A stretch of DNA of 64,000 nucleotides. Source: Haliotis cracherodii (lineage: Eukaryota). The notes beneath the pieces are model-generated. The model was given only the letters and a program-made list of their open reading frames with translations, made no database searches and was not told the origin of the DNA. Positions 61,913 through 64,000 of the stretch are shown here, in pieces. The stretch covers positions 28,954,001-29,018,000 of the forward strand of contig NW_027266308.1 of the NCBI RefSeq assembly GCF_022045235.1. Reading direction: 5' to 3'. How positions within the stretch are numbered: the first letter of the stretch is position 1; each line of letters starts with the position of its first letter. Both the position numbers and the translations under genes were made by a program.

Positions 61913-63259
61913 AGCACACTCTGATGTGAGGGAGTGTTATTGCTGACTACACCATAAAGCAAGGCTTCCACTCACTAATGTCCCTCCTTTATGTCTCTAC
62001 TTCTGTTCCGCCGTGATTGATGTGTGTGATTATGTGAGATGTGATAAGCCAGCAGCAGCAGCATTTCCTCAATGACCCCTAGCGGCACCAAATCATATTT
62101 CCCAAATCCAAGTCAATTCATTCAGCCTTTTTTAGCTCCTGCCCTCCAGCATCACATATGGACTCCGTCTACCAGTCCGGGACTGCTGAATCAGTGGTAT
62201 TGTTCCCCCCCATCAGCCACATGGATCTGTGATAAAACACACACTATGTTCTCCACCAAAACACTTCGCTCGGAATGTGGGACCAATTTGCGTTTGTGGG
62301 AGATTAATTAGGATTTTGCTGTGTGACTTTGTGAGCTTTAATGTTTGAAGTTTGGTCAAAATGCATGTTATTTCGGTAACCCTGGAGCATGATGGTAGAG
62401 TCAGGCTCTGGATAGACTATGCAGCACTCGTGGTATTTTCTATTCTGTGTAGCACAATATGGAAACCACCTGCTTGCCTTGATGCCGTACTTCCCCTGAA
62501 CTGGGAACTTGGTACATTCCAGCTCTGCCAGATATCCTCCTGAATTTAGTCTTTGGTTTAATATATATATTCTGGTTTTATTGATCATGTTGACGTGTTG
62601 TGACAGATGATAAGATGAAACACTCTGTTTCATTTCTCGAAATGATGTTCACAGTAACAGTTGTCAGCAAAACATATTCGTGGTTCCATATTTGGTGTGT
62701 TGCCCTATTTATTTGTGTAGTGATCCTGTAAGCGCCAATGTATTGCAGACAGGGAATAAATCAGTTAGGTTTGGTAAATGAAAATAAAATAAGAAAAAAA
62801 ATAGCACTAAAAACTATGTGTTTTTTTATAGAAAAATATTAAGCATATGAAATATGAATTTTCATTTAAAATTTGCAAGCACAATTTTCAATTTATGGTT
62901 AACATTTAATGTATACAGATAACAGACTGGTATTCTCTTCAGCTCAAGCCAACATTGGGTGATCCGTGTAGGCTTGTGAACCTGCAAATAGCTTTAAAAA
63001 AAAGGTTCACGTTTTCTGTCTGCTGAATTTAGCCTACTCAGCTTAAACCTCACAAAACAAGAGTGCATTACTAAGTTGAATACCTGGTTGTAAGAGATAA
63101 AATCAGGGTAATATAAACATGAACAACAAATGAGAATAATCCTAATGCAGTGGAGGCCCAATACGTCGTATCTGATGGGGAGACATGGAGATTCATCCTC
63201 CGTCGTGTGAACTCTGTACAGTATCAGCCGATATCCCCTATATATACCGTTGTATGAAT

Positions 63260-63435
63260 TACAGTCAAACACCGTTGTGTCGAAGCTGAAGGGACCTACG
63301 TAAATACTTCGAGTTATCCGAGGTTCGACACAACCGTAAATGATGAATAAATAAGGAATATGCCAGGATCTAGCTTTTAGTTTTGAGGCAAACATAAGTT
63401 TGACACATCAAGTTCGACTAAACAGTGTTTGTATG
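63260..63435. mobile_element. Tc1/mariner-pogo-like MITE remnant (TA-CAGTCAAAC start); similar element at about 51844-52020
   Basis: TACAGTCAAAC terminus with repeated GTTCGA subterminal motifs. Confidence 0.45.
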
Positions 63436-63804
63436 TATATTAGTCAACCAATATCACTGATATACACAGAGGGGGGCACGGGTGGCCCAGTCGTCTAAGG
63501 CGCCGCGATTCGCTGTGCAGAGTTGTGTCCCTGGACACGCCAGAAACCTATGATTGTGGGTTCGAATCCCGGTTCGCCCCGATTATGTTTCTAGGTTTGT
63601 CAGCACCATACCCATGCTTGTGGGTTTCACCGAAGTGGTAAACGTCTGAGACCTGCATCACTTCGGGCTTTCCTCCCACATTAAGCTGACACGCCGTGAT
63701 ATAACTGGAATAATGTTAAAAGCGGCGTTAAACCCAACTCACTCACTCACTCACTCACTCACTGATATACACAACTGTTCAAATTATGGTATATTATCTC
63801 AGCT

Positions 63805-64000
63805 GTTATCAATGATATTCACCATTGTCTGCAATATTGTATATCATGTCAACCGATATCCTCCATTGTATGACACATGGTGCATTATATCTGCTAATTA
63901 TTACTGATATCCACCATTTTCTACAATAAGCATATCATGTAGGCTGATATCATTAATATCCTCCTTTGGATGACGCATGGTGCATTATATCTGCTAATAA
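63805..64000. repeat. ~100-bp tandem duplication running off the right edge
   Basis: ATATCCTCC..GATGAC.CATGGTGCATTATATCTGCTAAT occurs at about 63856 and 63956. Confidence 0.7.

Noticed and set aside
61130-61946. HSLT-repeat ORFs
   Set aside because: Translation of a (TCAC)n microsatellite
45232-64000. KAT14/CSRP2BP downstream of PET117 (vertebrate arrangement) or any other gene
   Set aside because: No recognisable exons found; short ORFs such as 62304-62633 match nothing I recognise

Overview
AT-rich, intron-rich eukaryotic genomic DNA from an invertebrate animal. A mollusc such as abalone is my guess from the repeat style; it is not proven. Three spliced protein-coding genes can be reconstructed with phase-consistent GT-AG exons. 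(1) A large minus-strand F-box/WD40 gene: 16 coding exons at 27784-1207, at least 885 aa, running off the left edge. (2) CDKN3/KAP phosphatase: plus strand, 7 coding exons at 30461-39761, 203 aa, head-to-head with gene 1. (3) PET117: plus strand, 2 exons at 44536-45231, 77 aa. The rest is mobile and tandem-repeat DNA: three decayed DIRS1-type tyrosine-recombinase retrotransposons (two keep ITR/ICR ends), four SINE-like families with a shared 3' tail, several MITEs (one carries a RecQ-helicase remnant), and minisatellites of 32-72 bp. The most interesting candidate for an undescribed system is SINE family C. It has no Pol III A/B boxes, and five TSD-flanked copies all begin at exactly GACCCRTG. 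Its ~70-95 nt head folds into a compact multi-hairpin, kissing-loop structure, making it a candidate novel self-cleaving or 5'-processing RNA. No CRISPR, rRNA or true tRNA genes were found, and no gene could be supported in 47.5-64 kb.
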